63,733 nt of DNA, filler included, from Octopus bimaculoides (GCF_001194135.2; 5 parts of 5 records of this genome joined end to end with filler, not necessarily neighbours in it), one strand, 5' to 3'. Shown: positions 39,808 through 52,945, counted from the first letter of the whole stretch. Numbers and translations: made by a program. The notes: generated by a model not told the origin, from the letters alone.

Positions 39808-40534
39808 GTACCCAGATATGCATCTATATATACATGTAGATGTAGGTATGTACATACATGTACGTATATATGCATATACTCATATATTATTTGTATGTAT
39901 ATATGTATATATATNNNNNNNNNNNNNNNNNNNNNNNNNNNNNNNNNNNNNNNNNNNNNNNNNNNNNNNNNNNNNNNNNNNNNNNNNNNNNNNNNNNNNN
40001 NNNNNNNNNNNNNNNNNNNNNNNNNNNNNNNNNNNNNNNNNNNNNNNNNNNNNNNNNNNNNNNNNNNNNNNNNNNNNNNNNNNNNNNNNNNNNNNNNNNN
40101 NNNNNNNNNNNNNNNNNNNNNNNNNNNNNNNNNNNNNNNNNNNNNNNNNNNNNNNNNNNNNNNNNNNNNNNNNNNNNNNNNNNNNNNNNNNNNNNNNNNN
40201 NNNNNNNNNNNNNNNNNNNNNNNNNNNNNNNNNNNNNNNNNNNNNNNNNNNNNNNNNNNNNNNNNNNNNNNNNNNNNNNNNNNNNNNNNNNNNNNNNNNN
40301 NNNNNNNNNNNNNNNNNNNNNNNNNNNNNNNNNNNNNNNNNNNNNNNNNNNNNNNNNNNNNNNNNNNNNNNNNNNNNNNNNNNNNNNNNNNNNNNNNNNN
40401 NNNNNNNNNNNNNNNNNNNNNNNNNNNNNNNNNNNNNNNNNNNNNNNNNNNNNNNNNNNNNNNNNNNNNNNNNNNNNNNNNNTATGTATATGTATGTATG
40501 TATGTATATGTATATGTATGTATGTATGTATATG

Positions 40535-40582
<48 letters not shown>

Positions 40583-41514
40583 TGTATGTATATATTGTAA
40601 GATTCAGCTGAATTAGGTGCTGAAACTGGGGGCACCTCGCTAGGTTGGAATAATATACACACATATTATGTAAATATTAAACTTGGTACATACGTACCGG
40701 CCGAATGGTATTCACGCAGTGTATGTAGACAATGTGTCCCAGCTGAGTGAAGAAATCCGCTCTTGAGCTATTCAGACATGTACATTATATAAAATATACG
40801 GTCCATAATATGTACGAAGGGCAGATTCTGAGACAGGTGAGTAACAGCAGAGGTACAGTTGTCAATCCATTACGGCCGTTTCTAACGACTCCTTTAATTG
40901 ATTAATGAAAACATTACATCATTGTAAAGAAACCGTTGTCGTCAGATGAATTCATTCACGAACTTCAAAATAAAAGACATTCGAAATGATTTCGCATAGT
41001 TTAAAATCCACGGAGCAAAAACAATAACAGTGATTCTGCTACTATTTCAGTTCACACACACACACACACACACNNNNNNNNNNNNNNNNNNNNNNNNNNN
41101 NNNNNNNNNNNNNNNNNNNNNNNNNNNNNNNNNNNNNNNNNNNNNNNNNNNNNNNNNNNNNNNNNNNNNNNNNNNNNNNNNNNNNNNNNNNNNNNNNNNN
41201 NNNNNNNNNNNNNNNNNNNNNNNNNNNNNNNNNNNNNNNNNNNNNNNNNNNNNNNNNNNNNNNNNNNNNNNNNNNNNNNNNNNNNNNNNNNNNNNNNNNN
41301 NNNNNNNNNNNNNNNNNNNNNNNNNNNNNNNNNNNNNNNNNNNNNNNNNNNNNNNNNNNNNNATGTATCTAAAGTTAAAACTTACTTGCAAGGATGACGC
41401 GTGCGTTCGATCATATAATAATACAAATAATATGTGAGTATATGCATATATACGTACATGTATGTGCATACCTACATCTACATGTATATATAGATGCATA
41501 TCTGAGTACAAGAC
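39803..41514. repeat. Inverted pair of 94-bp repeats (39803-39896 and 41421-41514)
   Basis: gtcctgtacccagatatgcatctatatatacatgtagatgtaggtatg...tattatttgtat vs its reverse complement, 4 mismatches. Confidence 0.85.
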
Positions 41515-41990
41515 GTTGCAAAAAAACGTGGTCAAAATGATAAACAGAGTACAGAAAACACACAGACCACATAGAGAACATTTCCTTCATCAGCTGCCAC
41601 CATTCTAAAACTAAGCGTTTCGAAGAGTTAGGGCAGGACGCATTGTTAGAACGGCTCTTCCCACGGAGACAAATTAAATTTGTAACGTGAAGGAATGTAG
41701 TGGCGGAAAGAAAACAAGACAGGAAAACGAAACAGTGTCCCTCTGTCCCAAACATGTATGTATGTATGTATGTATGTACGTATATGTATACATGAGCGCT
41801 TCTTCCGCCTACCAAATCCGTTCACAAGGTACAGTAGAAGACACCAGCTCGAGTTGCTCTGCTGTGGTATTGAACCCGAAACTACGTGGTAGCAGCGCGA
41901 GCTTCTTAACCACACAGCCATGTTTGCACCTATCAAAACCAATTTTGAAGTCGACTCGAATTAATATTTTTACAAAATTCTTCATTTGTT

Positions 41991-42037
<47 letters not shown>

Positions 42038-42302
42038 TACCATCATCATTATTTCAACTATTATTATTATTTATTTATTTATTCTCATATTTCCCCCCTT
42101 TTTTTTCTCTTTTTCCATTAGTGTCTCCTTGTTTCCAATTATTCCTTTCACTGTCTCCAAGTTGTCCACTAAAACAATTTAACCAATGATTTTAAACGGT
42201 TGAACTTAACACAAGCAAACAACTGCGTATAATCACCATCAACTAACGAATTCAGTACAACTTCTCATTGTTCTTTCTTCACATTCTCGTTTTATCTCTC
42301 TC

Positions 42303-42344
<42 letters not shown>

Positions 42345-43083
42345 CCCTCGTTCCTATCTAACTCTTCCTTCACCCCGCACCTCACCGCGTTCTCTCTTCC
42401 TATTCTCTCTTTATCTCCACCTTTTCTCTGCTCTGTTTCAAAGTAATTATACTGAGTTGATCAAAGCAAAGAAAGAACGTGCTGTCGTCAAAATTGTCTG
42501 GTAAAAATNNNNNNNNNNNNNNNNNNNNNNNNNNNNNNNNNNNNNNNNNNNNNNNNNNNNNNNNNNNNNNNNNNNNNNNNNNNNNNNNNNNNNNNNNNNN
42601 NNNNNNNNNNNNNNNNNNNNNNNNNNNNNNNNNNNNNNNNNNNNNNNNNNNNNNNNNNNNNNNNNNNNNNNNNNNNNNNNNNNNNNNNNNNNNNNNNNNN
42701 NNNNNNNNNNNNNNNNNNNNNNNNNNNNNNNNNNNNNNNNNNNNNNNNNNNNNNNNNNNNNNNNNNNNNNNNNNNNNNNNNNNNNNNNNNNNNNNNNNNN
42801 NNNNNNNNNNNNNNNNNNNNNNNNNNNNNNNNNNNNNNNNNNNNNNNNNNNNNNNNNNNNNNNNNNNNNNNNNNNNNNNNNNNNNNNNNNNNNNNNNNNN
42901 NNNNNNNNNNNNNNNNNNNNNNNNNNNNNNNNNNNNNNNNNNAAATTATTCTGCTTCGATTTTGCTGGCTATTTCCTCAAAGTAGACGAGAAAAGACAAT
43001 TAAGGTTGGTTCGCATTTTTGGATACGAACCAACGAAGGGGCCTTTCCGACCTGCTAAAAGCAGTTAAATCACCCTTGAAGCG

Positions 43084-43149
<66 letters not shown>

Positions 43150-43182
43150 CAGACAACCAGACAGACAGACAGACAGACAGAC

Positions 43183-43249
<67 letters not shown>

Positions 43250-43600
43250 GTGGCGAAATTGTTGCGTCGCTTCACGATTAAAATGGAGGAATTACAAAAG
43301 ACATATCAAACGAGGTGAACAGGTAAAATAGATAAGACAAGATACAAGCAAGAAAGGGAAAGAAATTCCTTTGACTGAAGATCAAAGCAATTACGGTACA
43401 TTAACAACAGAATGACTCGCTTGCTTCAGAATGGCGGAGTGGGGGTGTTCAGAACAGGACAATAATATGTATACGAAAATAAACAAACAAGAACACTGAA
43501 TATTTATATCTGTCAACTTAACAGACATTTAACTCGTACGGTTAAGAGAAACAGAACACAGGATGAATTGTAAACGGTTATTAATGCTTCTCGACTAGAG

Positions 43601-43900
43601 CAATGGTTCTTAACCATTTTGAAACTATGGAACTCTTTGATTACCACTTTACTTTCCTTCACCATCAGACATTTGATGTTTAAAAATTAATTTTATAGGT
43701 ACTTCCTTCAAAATTCCTATTTTGTTTTTCACACACACTTACTTGTGTCGGTGTGCAGTAGCATTCATTCTTTGGGAGACCATGTTTCAGTGGCTGGAAA
43801 CATGTTAAACTATGGGAAACATTAGAGAAAGAAACCTAGCTGTTTCTTGGGATGAATATATCAAAAGCAGAAGATTTTCATGGACCCTTAAAATATAATT
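43601..43900 (+). mobile_element. hAT Charlie-like left-end remnant
   Basis: gactagag then caatggttcttaacc (TSD-like plus TIR-like); right TIR not found. Confidence 0.35.
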
Positions 43901-43942
43901 GTAGTCTCATGAGGATTTTCTCCTTTCGAATCTAATCTTTAG

Positions 43943-44033
43943 GTGTAAGGTGAGACTGAAACAGTGGACCGCCTAGTCTTTCGGTGTAAGGTGAGATTGA
44001 AACAGTGGACTACTAAATCTTTCGATGTAAGGT
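43943..44033. repeat. 39-bp tandem repeat, ~2.3 units
   Basis: gtgtaaggtgagaYtgaaacagtggac...tctttcg repeated. Confidence 0.85.
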
Positions 44034-44034
44034 T

Positions 44035-44802
44035 TTAGCACCAGTAGAGTATAAAATCAGACATGACAGTATTGGCCAATATTTACACTGGATAATATGT
44101 CTGTATTATAAAATCAAAAGTGCTGACAAATGGTATATTCACTATCCTGAGGCTATAACTGAGGGAGAAATTGTTACGATTCGTTGGGGTTTTCTAGTAC
44201 TTACAGACTGGATCATCAAAGCTAGTAAACCGGATATTGTTGTGAAAGACCAAAACGATAAAGTCTGTTTATTGATTGACATGAGCATACCATGTGACCA
44301 TAATATCTCGGCAAAAGAATTTGATAAGCTCAAAAAAATATAAAGATTTACTGAGTGAAATCGAAAAAAAATGTGACATCTCAAGATGGTTACAATACCA
44401 GTGATTATAGGAGCACTTGGAATGATCAAAAAAGGAACTGAAAATTTATTTGAGGATGATCCCTGGATTACCATCCATGCAGGAAGTGCAAAAGATTGTC
44501 TTAACTGATACGTCACAAATATTGAGAAGAGCAGTGTCGCTGTGAATTGTCTTTCCTTTTCCTCCTTATTTTCTTTGTTTTCTTTTTCATTTTTTTCTTT
44601 TTTCTTCTTTCCTCAGTCCGTCTTCCCTTTTTTTCAATCACATGACTTTGTAAATGAACAATTTGGTGTGCTCGTTTTAATTGCCTACCAATGTATACAG
44701 TGAGTCTCTTTGCCCTAGGTGTTGGGAAGACATTCGGAAAGAAATGGAAACAAACTTGAACGATAATAATAATAATAATTATAATAATAATAATAATAAT
44801 AA
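44035..44802 (+). mobile_element. R4/Dong-type LINE 3' fragment with restriction-like endonuclease domain and (AAT)n tail
   Basis: LAPVEYKIRHDSIGQYLHWIIC...KWY...KPDIVVKDQNDKVCLLIDMSIPCD..ISAKEFDK (PD..D-x-K) ...PVIIGALG...QKIVLT..SQILRRAVSL*; (AAT)n at 44763-44802. Confidence 0.9.
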
Positions 44803-44964
44803 TGCTCTATATTTAAGTGATGAGGAATTATGTACATTATTTACATTATTTACAATTGATGGATATTTGTGCTCTATTATTATTCAGGTCATTGCCTGGA
44901 ATCGAACTCGGAATCTTGGAGTTAGTAGCCCACGCTCTTAACCACTACGCCATATACCCGTGGG
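44803..44964 (-). mobile_element. tRNA-derived SINE head (not a functional tRNA)
   Basis: minus strand: tggcgtagtggttaagagcg (A-box)...gagttcgattcc (B-box); no closing acceptor stem. Confidence 0.65.
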
Positions 44965-45074
44965 ATCAAAAGATTTGGTGAATTTTATGCACGAATAGTT
45001 GCGCAACTCAATACCTTGTTAAATAATAATAATATTATTCCACAGATCTCGGTGGAATAATGATGGTTTCAAGT

Positions 45075-45543
45075 TTTAACACAAGGCCAGCAATTTCGGA
45101 GGAGGCGAAAAGTCGATTACATCCCCGCTCCTGCAGTGTTCAACTAGTACTTATTTTATCGACCCGAAAGGATGAAAGGCTAAGTCGACCTCGGTGAAAT
45201 TTTAACTCAGAACGTAAAGACGGACGAAATGCTGCTAAGCACTTTTGTCAGAGTGGTCACGACCCTGTCAGCTCACCGCCTTGGAGTCACCGAAAATGAG
45301 AATTTCAAAATCCCGTGGGATGCAACGATGCAGTGCGATCATCCGACCAGACATCGGAAATCGGACATCGTTGTTGTGAAAAAAAAAAAAAGTACATGTA
45401 TGAAGTAGCTTGCTTACCAACTACATGGTTCTGGGTTCAGTCCCACTGCGTGGCACGTTGGACAAGTGTCTTCTACTATAGCCTTGGGCCGACTAAAGCT
45501 TTGTGAGTGGATTTGGTAGAGGGAAACTGAAAGAAGCCCGTCG

Positions 45544-45545
<2 letters not shown>
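45075..45545. mobile_element. SINE family B (-, 45075-45285) and family A head (+, 45400-45545)
   Basis: family motifs as above. Confidence 0.85.
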
Positions 45546-45575
<30 letters not shown>

Positions 45576-45643
45576 AGAGCATTATTATAGAACAATACCT
45601 CACGCTAAAGTACCATAATAAACACATTTTTACCGAACGCGAG

Positions 45644-45743
45644 NNNNNNNNNNNNNNNNNNNNNNNNNNNNNNNNNNNNNNNNNNNNTTAATTAATTAAN
45701 NNNNNNNNNNNNNNNNNNNNNNNNNNNNNNNNNNNNNNNNNNN
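45644..45743. other. Artificial scaffold linker N44-TTAATTAATTAA-N44
   Basis: identical structure. Confidence 0.95.
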
Positions 45744-45950
45744 TACATACATACATACATGAAAGCAGACGTACATACATACATACATACATACCTGCAT
45801 ACATACATACATACATACATACATACATACATGAAAGCAGACGTACATACATACATACATACATACCTGCATACATACATACATACATACATACATACAT
45901 ACATGAAAGCAGACGTACCTACATATATACATACATGCACGTGTGCATGC
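45744..45950. repeat. 72-bp higher-order repeat built on (CATA)n
   Basis: atgaaagcagacgtac at 45759, 45831 and 45903. Confidence 0.9.
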
Positions 45951-48139
45951 ATGCATAAAGTGGCCTCAGCTTATATTTCTGTTCTACCCGGGATACGAAA
46001 CAAGTTACTTAATATCTGCTTATCTGCCTTCTGGAATCCCTTGCCTCTCTCGTGAATATATGTCACTGCAAATTCTATAATATGCTGCCTGTCTTCACAA
46101 TACTTTGCAGATGTGACTGTTGCTGCCGTTGTACGGCTTGCAACAGCCTTGCATCTAATCTGGTCTCCTATTATGGCTACGCTACCATCAATCCTATCAC
46201 GATCTTTATCGCAATAGAAACATAAATTAACACCAAACACCACCACCACCACCACCACCACCACCGACACCACCTTCAACACCACCANNNNNNNNNNNNN
46301 NNNNNNNNNNNNNNNNNNNNNNNNNNNNNNNNNNNNNNNNNNNNNNNNNNNNNNNNNNNNNNNNNNNNNNNNNNNNNNNNNNNNNNNNNNNNNNNNNNNN
46401 NNNNNNNNNNNNNNNNNNNNNNNNNNNNNNNNNNNNNNNNNNNNNNNNNNNNNNNNNNNNNNNNNNNNNNNNNNNNNNNNNNNNNNNNNNNNNNNNNNNN
46501 NNNNNNNNNNNNNNNNNNNNNNNNNNNNNNNNNNNNNNNNNNNNNNNNNNNNNNNNNNNNNNNNNNNNNNNNNNNNNNNNNNNNNNNNNNNNNNNNNNNN
46601 NNNNNNNNNNNNNNNNNNNNNNNNNNNNNNNNNNNNNNNNNNNNNNNNNNNNNNNNNNNNNNNNNNNNNNNNNNNNNNNNNNNNNNNNNNNNNNNNNNNN
46701 NNNNNNNNNNNNNNNNNNNNNNNNNNNNNNNNNNNNNNNNNNNNNNNNNNNNNNNNNNNNNNNNNNNNNNNNNNNNNNNNNNNNNNNNNNNNNNNNNNNN
46801 NNNNNNNNNNNNNNNNNNNNNNNNNNNNNNNNNNNNNNNNNNNNNNNNNNNNNNNNNNNNNNNNNNNNNNNNNNNNNNNNNNNNNNNNNNNNNNNNNNNN
46901 NNNNNNNNNNNNNNNNNNNNNNNNNNNNNNNNNNNNNNNNNNNNNNNNNNNNNNNNNNNNNNNNNNNNNNNNNNNNNNNNNNNNNNNNNNNNNNNNNNNN
47001 NNNNNNNNNNNNNNNNNNNNNNNNNNNNNNNNNNNNNNNNNNNNNNNNNNNNNNNNNNNNNNNNNNNNNNNNNNNNNNNNNNNNNNNNNNNNNNNNNNNN
47101 NNNNNNNNNNNNNNNNNNNNNNNNNNNNNNNNNNNNNNNNNNNNNNNNNNNNNNNNNNNNNNNNNNNNNNNNNNNNNNNNNNNNNNNNNNNNNNNNNNNN
47201 NNNNNNNNNNNNNNNNNNNNNNNNNNNNNNNNNNNNNNNNNNNNNNNNNNNNNNNNNNNNNNNNNNNNNNNNNTGTGTGTGTGTGTGTAATTTGAGATTT
47301 TGTAATGTATTTCAAATCATGTTTGGAGCGAGAATTTGATACAATTATAATACTGGGTCGGTGCATAATTATTGCAGCTTTTTTTTTTCAACAAATTTTA
47401 TTAAAAAAAAACAAAACAAAAAAAAAAAACAATAACAATATTTAACAAAAACACCTTTAAACGACGGTCTGACTGTCTGCCAAGCAACTGAGAAGCAGTA
47501 ATTGAAGTAGATGGTGAATATGCTCCGGAATAATCATTTAAAGATGTTTTTGTTACATGTGCTATTGTTTTTGTTGAATGAAATTTACTGAAAAAGAAGA
47601 AAAAAAAAGCCACAATAATTGTGCACCAACCCAATATTTGAAATGTGAAGGCGCATAGCCTCGTGGTTAGGCTGTTGTACTAACGATCGCTAGGTTGTAG
47701 GTTCGGTTTTCTGACTGGGCGGTGCATTGTATTTTTGAGTAAATCATTTTCTTTCGCGTTGCTCCAATCCCATTTTCCATTACGTGGTGTGGTGGTGACG
47801 GTGGTGGTGGAGGTGGTGGAAGTGGTGTGAGGCCGGGAATGTTGGCCTGCTCACCTAACCAGCGGAGTGGTGTTTTTCAAAGGTCAAAACAATGCAAAAT
47901 GCGCATCGTGACTAGCGATATGTAACGACATCTGATAATTCGGTCGATCGCGTGGTCACGTGGATATATTTGAAATATGGCGGCGAGCTGGCAGAACGAA
48001 GCGTTTAAGTGTATAGGAGAAAAAAATTACTTTTCGGTATATGAGTTCAAATTTCGCCGAGGTCGGCCTTGGGTTTCATAATTTCGGTGTCCATAGAATA
48101 CGTACCAGTTGAATTTTGAAGTTGATATAATTGACTAAC

Positions 48140-48560
48140 CCTCTGACCTATACACACACACATAATACATACACATACACACATACATACATACATACAT
48201 ACATACACACATACATGCATACATACATACATACATACATACATGCATACATACATACATACATACATACATACACACACATACACATGCATATATTCAT
48301 ATATATACATACATATACACATACATACATTCATATATACATGCATACACATACATGCATACATATATACATACACACATACATACATACACATATACAT
48401 ACACACATACATACATTCATATATACATAAATACACACACATACATACATACATTCATATATACATGCATACATGAGCATGTCTAGATAAGCAACTATAT
48501 GCATCGGAATACATACATACGTACATACATACATACATACATACATACATACAAACAAAA
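48140..48560. repeat. (CATA)n/(CA)n microsatellite
   Basis: direct reading. Confidence 0.95.
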
Positions 48561-49672
48561 GTACCCTGTTGCTGATATTGAAATTCCAGTGAAGGAGTAT
48601 TGGATCTAGGTTAGAAACCGGTTCTTTTTCTCTATTGGCAAGAAATCTTGAGATAAAATTGAGCAGGGACATACATACCCACATACATACATGCATACAT
48701 ACATACATACATACATACATACACACATACAAACATACACACATACAAACATGTGCGTGTGTATCTACATTATACTAAAACTGAACGTCTGTTTTCCTGC
48801 CCTTTGATTAAGATGCAGAAGATTACAAATAAAATAGTAATTTCCCCATTTAAGAAAGAAAAAAATCAAGTTGATAATGATATGCGGTGGTGACCCTTCA
48901 AAGAATCGTCGCAGCTACCACTGTCCGTTCTTTTGTTTTTTTCTTACTTTCTTTTTTCTTCCCTAAACATTTGTACGACTTTCGGAGTTGCGACGCTTCA
49001 AAGTCACAGTTTTCAACATGATTATTTTTTCTTTCTTCTGAAAGGGAAAATTACTCTGCTGTCTTTTGACCGCCGCTTAATTTGTAGTTGCATTGCGACA
49101 ATTGTTTCCTCACTGGGCTGTTGGATGGGTTCTATAAATACAAAATGGAGTTTGAAATATTAACGCCCAGAAGTGACTCTCTGTGTTCTGCCCTTTGATT
49201 AAGACGATAAAGATTACTAATGTAGATGAACTAGTACTTTTTTTCCTTTACTGCTGCGCATCGAGATTTTCACCGCAAACGGAACATCAACACGACCAGC
49301 GCAACTACGACTACAACCACTACCATCACTATCAGCAGCAACAGCAGCAACAGCAGCAGCAGCAGCAGCACCACCACCACCACCACCACTATCGCTATGA
49401 TGACCATTCCGGCGATGACTACATGCAAGATGCAACAAACGCGGCTACAACAATCGGCAGTCGAACGAAAGAGACTCAAAATGGTCGCTCGATTTGCGAA
49501 AAATAGTAGCTAAATCATTCTGAAATTATAAGACATAGACAATATAATACGAGACAGAGGCCTAAAAGTTATCTCTCCTTGTCACTCCCTTTTACATTAT
49601 CTCTATTTCACACACACCCACTCTTTCACTCTCACTATAGCTCTATGTTTCTTTCTCTCTCTCTCTTACCAG

Positions 49673-50008
49673 ATTTTCCTGCGTGGAATACATCATCTGG
49701 TTTGTCTTGGTAGTAATACATACTACGCAGTCGACGAGGAAGAGACACTGAGCATGCGCGGATTCGACCGACCTAACGAGAGAGACGCCAAAACTGGCGT
49801 GCAAGGCAGTCAAGCCGTGCCGAAATCTGAAAGGGACATGGACGAAATCAAGAAATGCGTTCAATATTTGGCCCAACGAGCCACCATCACTGGCGCACGC
49901 CAAGAAATCACTGCTGAGTGGCAGCAGGTTGCGTTGGTCATTGATCGGATCTTGTTTATTTTCTTTGTACTTACTTTTTTTATATCCACATTAAGTGTAT
50001 TTGCCTAA
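49673..50008 (+). CDS. Terminal coding exon of a Cys-loop ligand-gated channel, nicotinic acetylcholine receptor-like subunit (MX end, loop, MA helix, TM4)
   Basis: acceptor ctttctctctctctcttaccAG|ATT, phase 0; IFLRGIHHLVCLGS...DMDEIKKCVQYLAQR...EITAEWQQVALVIDRILFIFFVLTFFISTLSVFA*, matching the nAChR pattern V.Y(I/L)A......EW..VA.V(I/L)DR plus TM4. Confidence 0.9.
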   Translation: MFLRGIHHLVCLGSNTYYAVDEEETLSMRGFDRPNERDAKTGVQGSQAVPKSERDMDEIKKCVQYLAQRATITGARQEITAEWQQVALVIDRILFIFFVLTFFISTLSVFA

Positions 50009-50239
50009 AGTCCCATACAAGTTCGGATACAGGCGCACAATATGAATATGCAAATGAGAACGAGAGACAGTGAACTCCGAATTCAGATTTATTTCAGAAT
50101 CAGAACAGATTAACAAACCGAAGCTGGTTACCAAAGAAAATGTCTTTAACTTTCTTCTCTAACCTGGACAAATGTCAAAATCACTACTTAATATTCGTAT
50201 TGTGAATATGCAAACATAGTAGCAAAATTCAGAATAACG

Positions 50240-50272
50240 AATAAAAATGCTTTTTTCAATAACGATAATAAA
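50240..50272 (+). promoter_or_regulatory. Candidate polyadenylation signals for the nAChR-like gene
   Basis: AATAAA at 50240 and 50267, ~230-260 nt after the stop; the region is AT-rich, so this may be chance. Confidence 0.3.
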
Positions 50273-51292
50273 TTCTGTTACCAAGTATTTTTTCTTAATA
50301 ATTATGAGCAATGTTGTGATATACGAGGGTACGCAAGCGAGCTGACAGAAACGTTAGTAACGCCAGGGGAAATGCTTAGTGGTATTTCGTCTGTCTTTAC
50401 GTTCTGAGTTCAAATTTCTACAGCTGAGTGAACTGGAACAACACATCATGTATGTGTGTTTGTGTGGAGAAAGCTGGCCCGGAGATATTTTCGAAAAGCA
50501 TGGCTTTATACGTTTGCTCGATCTCTTAGAAAAAGTAACAAAAATTCCCACATATTGCCACCAAATCTCCCAGAAACTGCAACCAAACTGCCCACATGTA
50601 GTAAGAAAATCTCCTTCATGTTGAAAACAAGCCACGCCTTTTTTCCCTTCATTTTTCATATTTGCATTGAAGGTCGAATCTGGATGCACAAAATTTACCT
50701 AGATAACAGAAAACAAAGCATTAAAAGGATATAGAATTTCTTGAAGTACAAACTACTCCATTTTATTTTCTGTCGCTCTCTTCTTGACGTCTTCAGCTTC
50801 CGCCGTCCCCGCATCATCTCGTTCTTTGAAAGCTATCCTCACTATTTCTGCTTAAACTACTCTCTTTGTTTCATCAACCACCTCTTCGTCTCCCTAACTC
50901 CAACTTTCTCATCGCGCACTTAACCTCCATCATTCAAAATGCTATCATCCCCTACCACTTGGTTTATCGCAACGTGTTTGATTTCAGAGACGAACGTTAA
51001 AGCATTTCTCAGGAAGATATATATATANNNNNNNNNNATATGTATATATATATATATATATATATGCTATATACACACACCCATCTGCAAAAACATAATC
51101 ACGTGAACTCGGGAACGTATTTCAGTTTGTTCCGTAATATTTCGACCTACATTTCTGGAACCGCTAAGAGGAGGTCATAAAAAAAACAAAAAGTAAACTA
51201 ATCACAGACGCATAGACATATGGTGCCCCACAATCCATCCAACCATCTATCCATTCATCCGTCCGTCTGTCTGTCTGCTTGTCGGTCTAACA

Positions 51293-51354
<62 letters not shown>

Positions 51355-51459
51355 TTGTCTGTCTGTCTATGTATGTATGTATCTGTCTGTCTGCCTGCCT
51401 GTCTGTCTGCCTGCCTGTCTGCCTGCCTGCCTGTCTGTCTGCCTGCCTTCTTTTATTTT

Positions 51460-51559
51460 NNNNNNNNNNNNNNNNNNNNNNNNNNNNNNNNNNNNNNNNN
51501 NNNTTAATTAATTAANNNNNNNNNNNNNNNNNNNNNNNNNNNNNNNNNNNNNNNNNNNN
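51460..51559. other. Artificial scaffold linker N44-TTAATTAATTAA-N44
   Basis: identical structure. Confidence 0.95.
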
Positions 51560-51730
51560 CGCAACTGGTACTCAATTTATCGATCCCCCACCCCTCACCC
51601 CACCCCCCGAAAGGATGAAAGGCAAAGTCAACCTCGGCAGAATTTGAACTGAGAATGTAGTGACAGGCAAAAAAAAAACCCCACTAAGCTTTCTGTCCAG
51701 CAATGCTAACGATATCTGCCAGCTCGCTGT
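51560..51730 (-). mobile_element. SINE family B copy
   Basis: ccgaaaggatgaaaggcaaagtcaacctcggcagaatttgaact. Confidence 0.85.
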
Positions 51731-52091
51731 CTTAATGATAATAATAATAATAATAATAATAATAAAATTTAAGACCCCACCATCTCCAGAATGAAGGTCA
51801 TTAAAACGAAATTAAATTCCAGTAAAGCTAGTTTGCTTGAAATGTCCAGCCAAAACGTCTGTCCATACCATGGCAAAGCTGCTTGTTGCCTTACAGGTGA
51901 AAATACTCCACAACTGGTACCTACCTGCCTACTTACATACCCTCCCACCTACCCACCTGCTTGGCCCACACCATTACTCGGGCACCTCCCCCACCACCAT
52001 CAGTAAGAACACCACTCCAGTATTAAATCTCTACCACCAATCTTGAAGTATCCACTTTGGGCTTTAGAAGTAGGCTATTCAAAGGTGATAA

Positions 52092-52122
<31 letters not shown>

Positions 52123-52279
52123 GTGAGAGAGGGGGTGGAGAGGAGGAGGAGTTTGAGTGATAGAGAGAGAGAGTGAGAGAGGGAGTGGAAAGGAGGAAGA
52201 GTTTGAGAGTGATAAAGAGAAAGTAGTGAAGAGAGATATGCATGCGGAAAGAGAGAGGTAAAGAGAGAATACATAAAAC

Positions 52280-52313
<34 letters not shown>

Positions 52314-52802
52314 TGCAATAAAAAAGACAGGCAGACAGACAGAGACAAAGTGGAAAACCCAGGAATATAAAGTATGAAAGAGAAAGAAAGAGAGAGAAGG
52401 AAGAAGAACAGCAACGGAAAGAGAGAGAGAGAGAGAGAAACTTGAAAACAGAGATATCTATCTATCTATCTACATTATACAAATATATATGAGGGAAGAG
52501 AGAGAGGGGGGAGTAAAGAGATAGAGAGAAATATATAGTGAGTGGTAAAAAGAGACAGAAAGGGTGTAAAATAGAGACAGAGGTTGTGCAGAAAAGAGGG
52601 AGAGAGAGAGGAAGAGAGAGGGGTAGAGAGAGAGGTTGAAAAAGAGGACAGTTATTTAGGTGATCTAATTAAAAATGAAGACCCCCCCCCCATCCATTTC
52701 CCTCCACTCACGTCCTGTACATCAAATATCAATAAAGTATATGATTTGAAATGTAAAGTAGTCTTTTTGGGGTTTTTTTTTCTTTTCCATAAACATATAG
52801 GT

Positions 52803-52945
52803 GCAGGCATGGCTGTGTGGTAAGAAGTTTGCTTCCCAACGACATGGTTCCTGGTTCAGTCCTACTGCGTAGCACCTTGGGGGCAAGTGTCTTCTACTAT
52901 AGCCTCAGGTCAATCAAAGCCTTGTGAGTGGATTTGGTAGATTTG
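52803..52945 (+). mobile_element. SINE family A head
   Basis: gcaggcatggctgtgtggtaagaagtttgcttcccaac...gccttgtgagtggatttggtag. Confidence 0.9.

Noticed and set aside
40776-40836. Possible phase-0 exon HVHYIKYTVHNMYEGQILRQ| that could precede IFL of the nAChR exon (VHY-x5-H-x-M spacing, strong GTGAGT donor)
   Set aside because: Weak acceptor, no hydrophobic TM3 upstream, and the conserved P-x-W is missing; worth only a quick junction-read check
41586-41690. Minus-strand CTGATGA and GAAAC as a hammerhead
   Set aside because: The motifs cannot be arranged into a type I, II or III fold with paired stems; at best a decayed remnant
44884-44964. tRNA-like sequence with A and B boxes
   Set aside because: No closing acceptor stem, and it runs into SINE body sequence; the same applies to all other tRNA-like heads in the window
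46111-46225. ttgcAG|A-TGT-GAC-TGT... (CDCCCRCTACNS) as possible LIMK exon 3
   Set aside because: Wrong strand for the LIMK-like gene, lacks the downstream LIM Cys/Asp ligands, and ends in a stop
50043-50213. TGAATATGCAAA twice (one full octamer ATGCAAAT) in the nAChR 3'UTR
   Set aside because: Short AT-rich motif with no other support for function
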